64,000 bases of DNA from Thainema sp. (GCA_052168235.1 JBQLZK010000001.1:32001-96000), one strand, 5' to 3'; numbered from the stretch's first letter, positions 41,775-53,700 are shown. Notes: a model not told the origin generated them from the sequence alone. Made by a program: numbers and translations.

Positions 41775-41815
41775 TTTTCAAGAAACTGGATTCTCTAAGG
41801 AGAGTCTTGAAGTTT

Positions 41816-41848
41816 GAAAAGGGCGACCTCATTGAGGTCGCCCTTTTC
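41816..41848. terminator. psbDC terminator, probably bidirectional
   Basis: gaaaagggcgacctc-att-gaggtcgcccttttc perfect stem. Confidence 0.85.
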
Positions 41849-41878
41849 GTTTGCTGAGTTTATCGAACTTACGTTGAA

Positions 41879-42565
41879 CTATTCGCGGACAAAGTCAGAT
41901 TCAAGCGTTAAATCCAGGTCGGTTTCAGGTTCGATAATAATCACCTCAACTTCGTCTTCATTGCCCTGATTGATCAGTATTTCTGCCAGAACGCCAACGC
42001 CTGCTCCGCCTAATACTTCCAAAATATCAATGCTGCCAAAAATTTCGGATAAGACAGCAGCAGCGGCACCGCCGACTATCGCACCACGCAGGATATCAGG
42101 ATCGGAGTCTTCGGTGATGATCTGAGTATCCGTAATCTCATCCGAAGTGGCATTGATTGTCAAAGCCTCTTCGTCATTGTCAATACTTGTGTCTGGGAAG
42201 ACAATGCTTTCGGAGACAAACTGTGTGCCATTATCGGTGGGGCGCAGTTCTCCGGTGATGACGCTATTTTCTGGAATGACGACCCGATTGGTGGAGGGCG
42301 ATCGCACATCGTCAGCAACGATCAAGTTGACTTCTGCTGTTTCGTCCGGCTTGATGATGATTCGTTCGGCCTCGTTATACTGCACGGGAATTTGCGTACC
42401 TGTGGGTAACCTGTACTCTAGCCGCTGTTCTAAAAGCTGAGCGATAGAATAGGGTTTGGGTTGAGTCTGAGCCGCGACTGCGACAGATGGCAGCGTTGTG
42501 GCAGTTGCCATGCCCAAGACTACTGTGAATGCTGTTCCGGTATGCCACCCTTTAAACCGTGTCAT
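41879..42565 (-). CDS. Exported hypothetical protein resembling the C-terminal part of cyanobacterial S-layer-associated proteins
   Basis: Signal peptide; 'LPTGTQIPV', 'GELRP...GTQFV', glycine-zipper 'GAIVGGAAAAV...VLGGAGVG'. Confidence 0.65.
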   Translation of the reverse strand: MTRFKGWHTGTAFTVVLGMATATTLPSVAVAAQTQPKPYSIAQLLEQRLEYRLPTGTQIPVQYNEAERIIIKPDETAEVNLIVADDVRSPSTNRVVIPENSVITGELRPTDNGTQFVSESIVFPDTSIDNDEEALTINATSDEITDTQIITEDSDPDILRGAIVGGAAAAVLSEIFGSIDILEVLGGAGVGVLAEILINQGNEDEVEVIIIEPETDLDLTLESDFVRE

Positions 42566-42692
42566 TGTACCCTCAGTGCTAAAAGCCTTGCGTTATGTGT
42601 GGCCGTGACCGATAGATGGCGCGAAAAGTTCCAGATTGAATATCTTTGTAATAATTTTTAGAGCGTTTGTTCACCAGAGAGGTGTGCCCAAG

Positions 42693-43868
42693 ATGAAAAT
42701 GCGAGCAATCCGTCATCAAGCTATTCATTTAGGGCTTGCGATCGCAGTGGGTGGTTCGGCTCTAGTCGGGAGTGGCTGTGCAACACAGCCAAATTCATCA
42801 GATTCTGAAGCATTTTCCGACACTTCATCTGAATCGTTTCCTCAAACCTCTGAATTCATCACCACGGATCCAGAGGCGGCGGCTGATGCTGCATCGGCAC
42901 CAGCAACGGAAGAGAAAGAGTTTAGTGATGTTCGTGATCTTTATCAAGAAGCGTTGAAAGATGGTGATAGTGCCATTTCGCTTTCGCAATCAGCTTTCAC
43001 GTCTCAAGATTGGCAGTTGGTAGTGAGTCGCTGGCAGCGTGCGATCGCACTTTTGCAGCGAATACCTGCTTCTCACGCCAACTATGGGGATGCGCAGCAA
43101 AAGCTTCAAGAGTTTCAGACTCAACTCAGCACTGCTCAGCAGAAGGTGGATCAGCCTAGCCCCAACCGTACGCTTGAACTCGATGCTGAAGCACTAGCGG
43201 CGGCTCAGCAGGCGGCTCAACAAACTAATCAAGCCGCCAGTGCGGCTACCGGCAGCGCCGCCGCCAGTAGCTTTATCGAATTATGTGATGGTCAATCATC
43301 CCTCACAGATGATGCTCAACATACGGTGCAGGCGCTGTTGGAACTGGCTGGCACTGAAAACTGTAGTGAAGCTGCAACCGCTTTGGCGACCCAAACAGTG
43401 ATTGATTTAGGTGGCAAAGAAATTGTGGACGTGCAGCCGCTGACCAGTTTGCCCCAGATGACTGAGCTACGACTGGGTTCAAATGCGATCGCAGATTTGA
43501 CGCCACTATCTTCTTTGACCCAACTTGAAACTCTACTGCTCAACAATAATCAAATTGCTGATGTTGCGCCGTTGGGGTCGTTAACGAAACTGAAAACCCT
43601 GATTTTGAACAATAATCAGATCGCCAATATTGCACCATTAGCCGCTCTTACAGCCCTAGAGCAGCTTGAACTGCGTAACAATGCGATTGACCAAGTTACT
43701 GCCCTAGCTTCGCTGACCCGTTTGCAGCAGTTAAGCCTCAGCGATAACCAAATTGAAACTGTGAAAGCGCTATCTCCTCTAACTCAGCTCAAAAATTTGA
43801 GTTTAGACGGCAATCCTCTAGCGAGTAAAAGCTGTCCGGTTGAAGATGAAGCTGTTTGCCGTTTTTAA
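42693..43868 (+). CDS. Internalin-like leucine-rich-repeat lipoprotein
   Basis: Lipobox-like 'GSGC'; about 7 22-residue LRRs (e.g. 'LTQLETLLLNNNQIADVAPL'); Cys cap 'CPVEDEAVCRF'. Confidence 0.85.
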   Translation: MKMRAIRHQAIHLGLAIAVGGSALVGSGCATQPNSSDSEAFSDTSSESFPQTSEFITTDPEAAADAASAPATEEKEFSDVRDLYQEALKDGDSAISLSQSAFTSQDWQLVVSRWQRAIALLQRIPASHANYGDAQQKLQEFQTQLSTAQQKVDQPSPNRTLELDAEALAAAQQAAQQTNQAASAATGSAAASSFIELCDGQSSLTDDAQHTVQALLELAGTENCSEAATALATQTVIDLGGKEIVDVQPLTSLPQMTELRLGSNAIADLTPLSSLTQLETLLLNNNQIADVAPLGSLTKLKTLILNNNQIANIAPLAALTALEQLELRNNAIDQVTALASLTRLQQLSLSDNQIETVKALSPLTQLKNLSLDGNPLASKSCPVEDEAVCRF

Positions 43869-44126
43869 ATCCCCGGAGGTGATTGCGCGACTGCCTAATT
43901 CGGCTGGATTAAATGGACGCTTTAAAGCTGACTCGTAAACGCCTTGCTTGGATAGAGATGCTACGTCTTCTCAGGATTAGCCGATCTCAAACGCTGCTCT
44001 TTCGTGCTACGCTCAGCGTTGTCATTATGGGATAAAGCTGTGTCACTAAAGTCCAAGCATTTTCTTGGGAAACACTAGCAGCACCAGCCATCACCAAATC
44101 ATTGGGTTCTAATCCATCGATTAAAT

Positions 44127-44909
44127 ATGAGGATTCATCCTACCGCTGTAGTTGAACCGGGAGCCGAACTGGGCGAAAGAGTAACGGTTGGCCCCTTTGC
44201 CTATATTGATACTCAGGTAAAAGTCGGGGCTGGCTGTGCGATTGGCCCTCGGGCGACGCTGCTGCGCTATACAACTTTGGGTGAAAACTGCCGAGTTCAT
44301 GCGGGGGCCGTCATTGGCGATACGCCGCAGGATTTGGCTTTTGAAGATGTCGAAACGTATGTGAAAATCGGCGATCGCTGTGATTTGCGGGAGGGTTGCA
44401 CGGTACATCGTGGGACTCAGCCCGGCTCAGTCACGGTTGTCGGCGATGACTGCTTGCTGATGGCCAATAGCCATGTGGCGCATAATGCCCAAATTGGTAA
44501 TCGGGTTATTTTAGCGAACAATGCCCTGATTGCAGGGTATGCCCAGGTGGGCGATCGCGCCTTTATCAGCGGTGGCTGCCTGGTGCATCAGTTTACTCGT
44601 GTTGGCCGACTGGTGATGATGTCAGGCGGTTCGGCCGTGCAGAAAGATGTGCCGCCTTTTTTTATGACGCGGGGCGTCACGATTAACACCATCATGGGCT
44701 TAAATGTTGTCGGTTTGCGTCGGGCTGGATTAAGTAGTGATGAGCGCCAGGTGCTCAAGCGAGCAATTCAGGTGCTTTACCAGTCGGGCCTAAGTGTTCC
44801 CAGTGCCGTTGACAAGCTAGAGCAGGAACTTGATTCACCGCTGATCGATGAAATTTGTGCGTTTATTCGCACCTCAGAGCGGGGAATTTGCAAGTTTTTT
44901 CGTCGCTAA
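44127..44909 (+). CDS. lpxA: Acyl-ACP--UDP-N-acetylglucosamine O-acyltransferase (LpxA-like, stand-alone)
   Basis: 'IHPTAVV', hexapeptide repeats, 'PQD', 'HRGT', 'SHVAHN', 'VHQF', 'GLNVVGLRR'. Confidence 0.82.
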   Translation: MRIHPTAVVEPGAELGERVTVGPFAYIDTQVKVGAGCAIGPRATLLRYTTLGENCRVHAGAVIGDTPQDLAFEDVETYVKIGDRCDLREGCTVHRGTQPGSVTVVGDDCLLMANSHVAHNAQIGNRVILANNALIAGYAQVGDRAFISGGCLVHQFTRVGRLVMMSGGSAVQKDVPPFFMTRGVTINTIMGLNVVGLRRAGLSSDERQVLKRAIQVLYQSGLSVPSAVDKLEQELDSPLIDEICAFIRTSERGICKFFRR

Positions 44910-45097
44910 TGGTTTAGTGCTTTATCCATAATTGGATCACTGAAACTAGACAAGTGACGTGGAACCGCCGAGTTGATTTACGTGTAGTTACTTAACAAAT
45001 CGTCTGTTCCGGCGCGATCGCAGCCCATGCTTTTTGGATCATGAGTCACAATAAAACGGAATCTAGTTACTGTGTTCCCCTCTGACTCTACTGAATC

Positions 45098-47911
45098 ATG
45101 AAACGACAGGGACTCTTCCTGACGATTGCGGCAGTTGTTATTCTGTTGCTGCTCTTTTCTAGCACGCTAATCCACTTACTGACGGAATCCTGGTGGTTCG
45201 ATTCCGTTGGCTTCAGCCCGGTCTTCTGGACGCGGATTCGCTGGCAGGTTGGGTTATGGCTTGCCACGTTCCTGATCTACGGTGGTTTTATCTGGTTGAA
45301 CTATCGGCTGGCGCTTCATCTCAGCCGCGATCGCAGATTTTATCTGCTAGAGCGAACAGAACTGGGCAACTATGCTGACTGGATTGTGAATGCGATCGCA
45401 CTGGCCTTTACGATTGGCATCGCCCTACTGGCGGCGTCTGCTACTGTCAGTCACTGGGAAAGCATTTTACGTTTTCTCAATCCGACCCAGTTCGAGCAGG
45501 CTGATCCAATCTACAACACCGATATCGGGTTCTATGTCTTTCAACTGCCTTTCTATCAGCAGTTTCAGTCCTGGCTACTGGCACTGCTGTTTTGGGGACT
45601 GATCATTGCTGCAGTCATCTATGTGCTGAGAGGATCGATTAATCTGGGCCGGGGCTGGACCAATCTACTCACGGGTAATGTGAAGCTGCATCTGAGCGTT
45701 TTGCTAGCTGCGATCGCGGTTGTGATTACGTTTGGCTTCTGGCTTCAGCGGTTTGAGCTGCTGTATTCACCGACCGGTGTTGTCTATGGAGCCGGGTTTA
45801 CAGATATCAATGCTCGCCTACACGCCTACTGGATTATGGGCTTTGTTACCCTAGCGCTGGGCACGCTGTTTGTGATCACCCTGTGGCGCAGTGGGTTTGT
45901 GCTGCCCACCTATGGACTAATTTTTTATATCATCGTTTTTACGGTGGTGGCAGGTCTTTACCCTTGGTTCCAGCAGCAGTTTGTTGTGGCTCCCAATGAA
46001 CTGGCTAAGGAACGGCCTTTTATCGAAAATAATATTGAATTTACGCGCAGTGCCTATCAGCTTGGTGACGTAGAGCGTGACGATTACCCAGCGGAAGACA
46101 ACCTAACGCGGGCTGACATCGAAGCGAGCAGCCCCACGATTCGCAATATTCGCCTGTGGGACTATCGCCCCCTGCTGAGTACCTACCAGCAGCTCCAGGA
46201 AATCCGCGCCTACTACCGCTTTACTGATGTAGACGTAGATCGCTACACGATTGACGGCAACTATCGTCAGGTGATGCTATCTCCCCGTGAACTGGATACG
46301 TCTCGCCTTTCTGAACAGGCGCGTAACTGGGTCAATCAGCGGCTGAAATATACTCACGGCTATGGATTCGCCATGAGTCCGGTCAACGTAGTACGTCCCG
46401 ATGGTCTGCCTCAATTTTTCGTTCAGGATATCCCCCCCCAAACCAGTGTCGATCTGGATGTGCAAGAGACGGCCATCTACTACGGTGAACTGACCGAGGA
46501 TTACATGTTCACGGGCGCAACGATTGAGGAATTTGACTATCCTCAAGGAAATACCAACGCCTCAACTCGCTATGAAGGGGCAGGTGGCGTGCCCGTCGGT
46601 AGTCTACTGCGTCAGCTTGCCTATGCCTTTGATTTTGGCGACTTCAAGCTACTCATTTCTAACTATTTGACCAGTGAGTCTAAGATTCACTACCATCGCC
46701 AAATTCGCGATCGCGTTGCTCACGTTGCCCCCTTCCTGCGCTACGACTCAGATCCTTACATTGCGATTATCGACGGGCGAGTTCAGTGGATTGTTGATGC
46801 CTATACGATTAGCGATCGCTATCCCTATTCTGAACCTGTTGCCCGTGCTTATCGTGCTTCAGCCGCTTTAGGCAATGGGGGTTCTGCTAGTGAGCTAATC
46901 CGCGATCGCACAAACTACATTCGCAACTCGGTCAAGGTGGTGGTGGATGCGTTTGACGGCACGATGCAGTTTTACGTGGTAGATGAAACTGATCCGGTGT
47001 TAGCAACCTACCGTCAGATTTTCCCTGAGTTGTTTCTAGGTGCGGATCAGGTGCCAGAGCAGGTACGTAATCACTTCCGCTATCCGCTCGATTTATTCAA
47101 AATTCAAGCGGTCATATACCTCACTTACCACATGGATACTCCAGAGGTGTTCTACAACCAAGAAGATCTCTGGCGCTTCCCAGTAGAGGTCTATGAAGGC
47201 AACCAGCAGGTGATGGAGCCGTATTACATGATCATGAGCCTGCCAGGACAGAACCAGGAAGAGTTTGTGCTGATTCTGCCGTTTACACCTGTGAATAAAG
47301 ACAACATGATTGCTTGGATGGCAGCGCGATCCGATGGTGAAGACTATGGCAAACTGCTGCTATATGAGTTTCCTAAGCAGGAACTAATTTATGGGCCGAG
47401 CCAGATCGAAGCCCGTATCGACCAAACGCCTGAGATTTCAGAACAGCTTACGCTGTGGAGCCAGCAAGGATCGCGGGTGATTCGTGGAGATTTGTTGGTG
47501 ATTCCAATTCAGGAATCGTTGCTGTATGTTGAACCGATTTATCTGCGGGCTGAACAGGGTGAACTGCCGGAACTGAAGCGAGTGATTGTGGCCTATCAGG
47601 ATGGTGTGGTCATGCGAAATACGCTCGAAGAAGCGCTGAGTGCCCTGTTCGGTGAGGGCGCTACTACATCCACACCTACGCCTGCTCCTCCGACAGCTCC
47701 GGCAGCGCCTCAGCCACCTGCTGCACCCACACCCGCTGTGCCCGATAGTGCCAACATGTCTGAGCTAATTCAATCCGCCCAAACGGCCTACGACAATGCT
47801 CAGGCTGCCCTGCAGCAGGGCAATTGGGCGGAATATGGCCGCCATCAGCAAGAGCTGGAGACAATTTTGAATCAGCTGGCTCAAGAATCAGCGGCTGAAA
47901 ACAGTGATTGA
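45098..47911 (+). CDS. UPF0182-family membrane protein
   Basis: N-terminal TM bundle; 'NIRLWD', 'YTHGYG', 'NYIRNSVK', 'LLYVEPIY'. Confidence 0.92.
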   Translation: MKRQGLFLTIAAVVILLLLFSSTLIHLLTESWWFDSVGFSPVFWTRIRWQVGLWLATFLIYGGFIWLNYRLALHLSRDRRFYLLERTELGNYADWIVNAIALAFTIGIALLAASATVSHWESILRFLNPTQFEQADPIYNTDIGFYVFQLPFYQQFQSWLLALLFWGLIIAAVIYVLRGSINLGRGWTNLLTGNVKLHLSVLLAAIAVVITFGFWLQRFELLYSPTGVVYGAGFTDINARLHAYWIMGFVTLALGTLFVITLWRSGFVLPTYGLIFYIIVFTVVAGLYPWFQQQFVVAPNELAKERPFIENNIEFTRSAYQLGDVERDDYPAEDNLTRADIEASSPTIRNIRLWDYRPLLSTYQQLQEIRAYYRFTDVDVDRYTIDGNYRQVMLSPRELDTSRLSEQARNWVNQRLKYTHGYGFAMSPVNVVRPDGLPQFFVQDIPPQTSVDLDVQETAIYYGELTEDYMFTGATIEEFDYPQGNTNASTRYEGAGGVPVGSLLRQLAYAFDFGDFKLLISNYLTSESKIHYHRQIRDRVAHVAPFLRYDSDPYIAIIDGRVQWIVDAYTISDRYPYSEPVARAYRASAALGNGGSASELIRDRTNYIRNSVKVVVDAFDGTMQFYVVDETDPVLATYRQIFPELFLGADQVPEQVRNHFRYPLDLFKIQAVIYLTYHMDTPEVFYNQEDLWRFPVEVYEGNQQVMEPYYMIMSLPGQNQEEFVLILPFTPVNKDNMIAWMAARSDGEDYGKLLLYEFPKQELIYGPSQIEARIDQTPEISEQLTLWSQQGSRVIRGDLLVIPIQESLLYVEPIYLRAEQGELPELKRVIVAYQDGVVMRNTLEEALSALFGEGATTSTPTPAPPTAPAAPQPPAAPTPAVPDSANMSELIQSAQTAYDNAQAALQQGNWAEYGRHQQELETILNQLAQESAAENSD

Positions 47912-47921
47912 GGAACAACGA

Positions 47922-47956
47922 AAAGCGGAGTTTTGTTTACAGACAAACTCCGCTTT
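47922..47956. terminator. Terminator-like hairpin after the UPF0182 gene
   Basis: aaagcggagttt...aaactccgcttt stem. Confidence 0.65.
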
Positions 47957-48108
47957 AAAACTCAACGTATAACTGAAAGAACAAAGACTTGAAGTAGCCC
48001 AAAAAGCTGCTAAATCGGTGCGTTTTACCAGCTTTTGAGGCTGCTATATGACCTGATTAGGCTAGATAGCCAAGAAAAAATCCTAGATCAACGACTGATT
48101 TCAGATCC

Positions 48109-48264
48109 TTAGCCAAGATATTGTGCTTCCTGCTCTAGCTGACGCACTAGATTTTCATCGCCTCGAGAACGAGCGGATTCCATCCTTTGCTGGAGCCGTT
48201 GGCGTAATGCTTCACGATGAGCTTCAGCGGTTTTTGTTATGATTTCACGACGTTTTCTGTTCAT
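48109..48264 (-). CDS. pirA: PII-interacting regulator of arginine synthesis PirA (Ssr0692-like), 51 aa, absent from the ORF track
   Basis: Hand translation: MNRKRREIITKTAEAHREALRQRLQQRMESARSRGDENLVRQLEQEAQYLG. Length and the 'H...L...L..R...AR..GD..L...LE.EA.Y' pattern match PirA as I recall it. NtcA box upstream. Confidence 0.85.
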   Translation of the reverse strand: MNRKRREIITKTAEAHREALRQRLQQRMESARSRGDENLVRQLEQEAQYLG

Positions 48265-48332
48265 GGTAAACATCCAATCCTTTGTTAGTGCGGTAATGAT
48301 TCTACTGCTAATCTAGCATTTTAATTTGTTTT

Positions 48333-48348
48333 TGTAGTTAATGTTACA
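48333..48348. promoter_or_regulatory. NtcA binding site upstream of pirA
   Basis: TGTA-GTTAATGT-TACA, a perfect GTA-N8-TAC, about 70 bp upstream of the pirA ATG. Confidence 0.8.
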
Positions 48349-48385
48349 GAATCATGTTTATAGTGATTCTAGCTAAGAGTGAGAA

Positions 48386-48432
48386 AACGAGAGAGGAGAG
48401 TGCCTCAAAATGAGGCACTCTCCTCTCTCGTT
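48386..48432 (-). terminator. Terminator-like hairpin downstream of prfC
   Basis: aacgagagaggagagtgcctca-aaa-tgaggcactctcctctctcgtt perfect stem. Confidence 0.7.
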
Positions 48433-48585
48433 CTTATCTAGAACCGCTATATTTCGCTTCTGGCCATTATCTTGCCCTTAACTGCAACGATCATTTGCCG
48501 CCGTGTGAGACAAATGACCGTTTGGGATGGTTGATGAGCTAAGTGGAAGAAGGTTTTGTGATTTACGCTTTTGCGATCGCGCTCA

Positions 48586-50217
48586 TCACAACTCTTCGGG
48601 TTGTTGCCCAACAACGACAGGTGCAATTGAGCTGAGTTCTAGTTCCGGGTGTTCGCCTTCCACTTGCTGGCAGTTCCATTCATTTTTGAACAGGAGAACC
48701 GGACGACCCCAGGAATCTTTTACCGTAACGGTATTGAATAAACGCCCCGCTTTTTCGAGTGCCTCCCAGCCACCGCCGACCCAGCGGGCGACGCTATAAG
48801 GTAGGGGTTCTAGCAGAGTTTCGACGTTGTACTCGTTCTGCAGTCGGAACTGGACGACTTCGAACTGAAGCTGTCCGACGGCAGCCAGAATGGGATCGCG
48901 ACGGGATTCATTGGCGGAGTACATGATTTGCACTGCCCCTTCCTCACGCAGCTCATTTACCCCTTTGCGGAACTGCTTGAACTTAGAGGGATTGGGATTG
49001 CGCAGATAAGCAAATAGCTCCGGCGAAAAACAGGGGATACCCTCGTACTCCAGCGACTGTTTGCCTGTATAAATCGTGTCGCCGATCGCAAATACGCCGG
49101 GGTTATTCAAGCCAATCACGTCGCCCGGATAGGCCTCATCCAGCGACTGACGGCCTTGAGCAAACAGCTTTTGAGGGTGAGATAGGCGGACGTTTTTCCC
49201 CGTGCGGGCATGGTTCACCACCATATCTTTTTCGAACTTGCCGGAACACACGCGGATGAAGGCGATGCGATCGCGATGTTTCGGATCCATATTGGCCTGA
49301 AGCTTGAACACGAATCCGGAGAAATCTGACTGAGTTGGCTCCACGTCACCCACGGAACTGCGGCGGGGACTCGGCGGCATAGCGTACTCTAAAAACGCAT
49401 CTAGAAACAGCTTGACGCCAAAGTTGGTCATGGCGCTGCCAAAGAATACGGGTGTCAGTTGTCCGGCATGAACCGCCTCTAAATCCAGGTCTTCACCGAT
49501 TTCTTCAATGATTTCCAGTTCATCTTTGAACTGGTAGTACAAATCGGGATCAATCAGTTCCTCAATGCGGGGATCGCCAAGTGGAATAACGTCTACCTTG
49601 GCTTCTCTGCTACCGTGCGCTGTGCGCTCAAATAGGTGAAATGACTTGGTGCGACGGTCATAAACACCCCGAAACTGGTCGCCGATGCCAATGGGATAGT
49701 TCACTGCATAGGTTTTCAGCCCCAATTCCTGCTCGATTTCGTCCATCAGTTCCAGTGGTTCGCGACCTGGACGATCCATCTTGTTGAAAAAGGTGAAGAT
49801 GGGTAGCGATCGCATTCGGCAGACTTCAAACAATTTGCGCGTTTGAGGCTCCAAACCTTTGGCCGAATCTTCCAGCATGACCGCATTATCGGCAGCCGCT
49901 AGCGTGCGATAGGTGTCTTCACTGAAGTCTTGGTGTCCGGGCGTATCCAGCAGGTTGATCCAGTAGTTGCGATAGTCAAAATGCAGCACAGTTGAGGTAA
50001 TCGAAATGCCCCGCTGCTGCTCCATCTCCATCCAGTCGGAGGTGGCATGGCGCTGGGCCCGACGAGCTTTGACGGCTCCCGCTTCGTGGATGGCTCCACC
50101 GTACAGCAATAGTTTTTCAGTTAATGTTGTCTTACCTGCATCAGGGTGAGAGATAATCGCAAAGTTGCGCCGCCAATCTACAGCACTTTGGATCTCGGCA
50201 GGAGCAGCAGAAGTCAT
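48586..50217 (-). CDS. prfC: Peptide chain release factor 3
   Basis: '[22 protein letters not shown]', '[13 protein letters not shown]', '[14 protein letters not shown]', '[11 protein letters not shown]'. Confidence 0.97.
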   Translation of the reverse strand: MTSAAPAEIQSAVDWRRNFAIISHPDAGKTTLTEKLLLYGGAIHEAGAVKARRAQRHATSDWMEMEQQRGISITSTVLHFDYRNYWINLLDTPGHQDFSEDTYRTLAAADNAVMLEDSAKGLEPQTRKLFEVCRMRSLPIFTFFNKMDRPGREPLELMDEIEQELGLKTYAVNYPIGIGDQFRGVYDRRTKSFHLFERTAHGSREAKVDVIPLGDPRIEELIDPDLYYQFKDELEIIEEIGEDLDLEAVHAGQLTPVFFGSAMTNFGVKLFLDAFLEYAMPPSPRRSSVGDVEPTQSDFSGFVFKLQANMDPKHRDRIAFIRVCSGKFEKDMVVNHARTGKNVRLSHPQKLFAQGRQSLDEAYPGDVIGLNNPGVFAIGDTIYTGKQSLEYEGIPCFSPELFAYLRNPNPSKFKQFRKGVNELREEGAVQIMYSANESRRDPILAAVGQLQFEVVQFRLQNEYNVETLLEPLPYSVARWVGGGWEALEKAGRLFNTVTVKDSWGRPVLLFKNEWNCQQVEGEHPELELSSIAPVVVGQQPEEL

Positions 50218-50706
50218 AGGCACCAAAACTCAACAAGATAGACGAAAACTACTTCAGGACAGACATTCAGCTTCTGCCTAAACGTAGACCTCTTCTAAGT
50301 AATTATAGAGACCTTTTCAGAAGCGACGCACAATCAGCCGTTTTGCTGAGTCCCTTTAACGCTGGAATTCTGCTAAAGTTTGCTCATAATTGGGCATCTT
50401 AAGTTAAATTAAGCGGCTATCAAAATTAATTGTGCGATCGCACTTTAATCGGCCACTAAATAATATTTCGCTAAATAAAATTGTAGGTTTTATTTATAGC
50501 TAAAACTTCCTCCTAAGTTGCGACGATGACGGCCTAGATTGAAACCGTCATCACAACCTTGATGGTGTTTCTTCTTTAATCTGATTGACTGAAGCCATAT
50601 TCAAATTTAGGTGTAATTAAATTTGGCGCGATCAAAATCAGGGGCACTCTAATGTTGGACAAATAATGTCATCGGAAACTCTGTACGTCGCGACTTGGAT
50701 CAACGA

Positions 50707-53700
50707 ATGACCAGTGACTTACCGGATCAGCCATCTAACCTGTCGTTTAAGGTGTCAAAGCTCAATCCCAACCATCAATCCATCTCACATCGCCCGATTC
50801 ATCAGCTGATTGAGCAGGTCAATCGAGCTGTTAGTGAGGCGATCGATAGTGAAGCTGCCTTTGAGGTGGTGCTGCAATTGATTTGCCAATTGATTAACGG
50901 AGCACTGGCCGAGATCTGGTTGCCAACTCCTCAGCAGGGTGGATTGTGCATTAGCCCAATATGGTACAGTCCGCAGCCGGAGCAGTTTCAAGCTTTCCGC
51001 AAGGTGAGTGAGCAATTTAGTGTCACCTTGGGCACGGGCTTGCCGGGACGGGTCGCTGTCACTCGCCAGCCAGAATGGATTGCAGCCATTGAAGCTGAGT
51101 CTGACCAGTCGCTGCTCCGTAAGAACGCTGCTCTCCAGGCCAATTTAAATGCTTGCCTGGGCGTTCCGATTAAGGTGGGAGATCGCGTTTTGGCGGTGCT
51201 AATTGTGTGGCTGGTCGATGCCAACTCGGTTGACCCAAGCCAAATTGAGCAGGTGCGCCAAATTCTGACCCAGCTGGGTGCAGTGCTGCGACTCAAGCAG
51301 AGCGAAGCTGTGCTAGCCGAGCAGCAGCAGCGGCTCAAGGCCCTGATGGATTCGCTGCCCGGTATTGTGTTTGTGTCCAATGATGATGCTGAGTGGTCGA
51401 TGCAGTTTCTTAGCCAAGGCTGTTACCCTCTGACGGGCTATTCTCCGTCTGAACTAGCGGGGCCAGTGCGATCGCAATCGTATAACGATATTACTCACCC
51501 CGAGGATCTGCCGCGGGTGTTACAGGCGATTGATGGTGCGATCGCACAGCAGCAGCCCTATGTCGTTGAGTACCGGATTCGAACTAAGCAGGGTGAAGAG
51601 AAATGGCTCTGGGAAAAGGGCTACGGCGTAACCAATGCCCAAGGTAAGGTGATTGGTCTTGAAGGCTTTATCACTGACATTACTGAGCGCAAGCAGACGG
51701 AGCGGACGCTGCAGGAAAAAGAGGCGTTCTTGAAGCTGATCTTGGACAATATTCCCCAGCATATTTTTTGGAAAGATCGCAACTTGACCTACCAGGGCGG
51801 CAACCAAGTTTGGTTGAACTCGATTGGCTTAACCTCGCTGGAGGACGTAATTGGCAAAACTGACTACGATCTTTGGTCCTTAGCTCAAGCCGATAATTTT
51901 CGGGATGCCGATTTAGATGTGCTGGAGCGCCACAAGCGGCGGATCCATGTTATTCGTCGCAAAATTCAGCAGAATGGGGACGAAATTTGGCAAGACGTGA
52001 GCAAAGTGCCGATTTATGATGCCGATAACAACACAATCGGCATTCTAGGCATGTTCGAAGACATCACGGAATGGCGCAAAGCAGAGGAAGCTATTGCCCG
52101 TCGTGAACAGTATTTGGCCGCACTTGTCGATCTGCAGTATCGGTTGCTCAACTTGGAATGGGATGTAAGTGCCGATCTGTATGCTGAAATTTTGCCCATC
52201 TTGGGACAGGCCGCCCAGGCGAGTCGGGCTGGGGTATTCGAAGTGGCAGTCACCAAATTGGATCAAATCCTGCCGCAATCGGATAAACCGATCACGGGCT
52301 CAACCGCGAGACCGAAAATCACCTGCTGGCAACAGTCGATGTGGGCCGATCCGGATTTTGTGTTAGAGCCGGAGCAGTGGCAACTTCAGCTCGAGCTCTA
52401 TCACCATCAGTTAAGTCACTGGTTCGAGCAGTTGCTGGCTGGAGAAGAATTGGTCTGTTTAGCTACGGCTCAGCTAGAGACCGAACTACAGGCCGTATTA
52501 GCGCCCCTTTCTATTCAGGGAGTGCTGATGCTGCCCCTAAAGCAGGGCAAGGATATTTTTGGATTTATCGTTTTAGAAAACTGTACCTACGAACTGTACT
52601 GGGAGGATTCTGAGATTGATTTGCTCAAGGCAGCGGCGGCAGCGATCTCGTTGGCCTACGAGCATCAGCAAACCAAGAGTTCTCTCAAGCAGGCCGAAGT
52701 GAAGTACCGCAGCATTTTTGAAAATGCGGTGGAGGGCATTTTTCAAACTACACCGACAGGTCAGTACCTGACGGCTAATCCGATGCTGGCCCAAATTTAT
52801 GGTTATGACTCACCGGAAGAGTTAATTCAGTCCATCACCAATATCCAAAGTCAGCTCTATGTCGATCCGCAGCGACGTCTGGAGTTTGAGCAGTTAATGG
52901 CGGCACAGGGCTCGGTGTTTAACTTTGAGTCCCAAATCTTTCGCAAAGACGGCAGCATTATCTGGATTTCGGAATCGGCGCGGACGCTCTATGACGAAAC
53001 GGGTGCGATCGCAGGTTATGAGGGCACGGTGGAGAACATCACCCCGCGTAAGCATGACGAGGCAGAACTGCTAAAGCGGGATCACCTGCTGGAGGGCGTG
53101 GCGGCGGCGGCCACCTGCCTGTTGACCCAGCCGGATTTCGCTACGGCCATTCCGAGCGTCCTGTCCATCCTGGGTGAGGCCGCTCAAGCCGATCGGGTTT
53201 ATATCTACGAGAACCATCCCCATTCTCAAACAGGGGAAATGGCGATGAGCATGCGGTTTGAGTGGACTCATGCCGACATTGTGCCCAGCATCAATCAGCC
53301 CCACTGGCAAAATCAGCCCTATCGAGAATTTGGCCTGGATCGCTGGTACCAGAATTTTCAGAAAGGTCAGCCTGTGCGCGGTTTAACGTGCGAGTTTCCC
53401 GCCAGCGAACAGCAAATTCTACTGCGCGACCAGATTCAGTCGATTTTGATGGTGCCGATTTTCATCGATCAGGTGCTGTGGGGCTATATCGGTTTCGATG
53501 CCTGTCAAGAGGCACGGGAATGGACGGCCAGCGAAGAATCGATTCTAGTTGCGATCGCAGCTAGTCTGGGCGGAGCGATCAAGCGCCAGCAAACCGAAGC
53601 CCAAATGCGCCATCAGGCCTTTCACGACAGTTTAACTGGCCTGCCCAATCGCACGTTATTCAATGAGCATTTGCCGCTGGAGATTGCCCATGCTCGCCGC

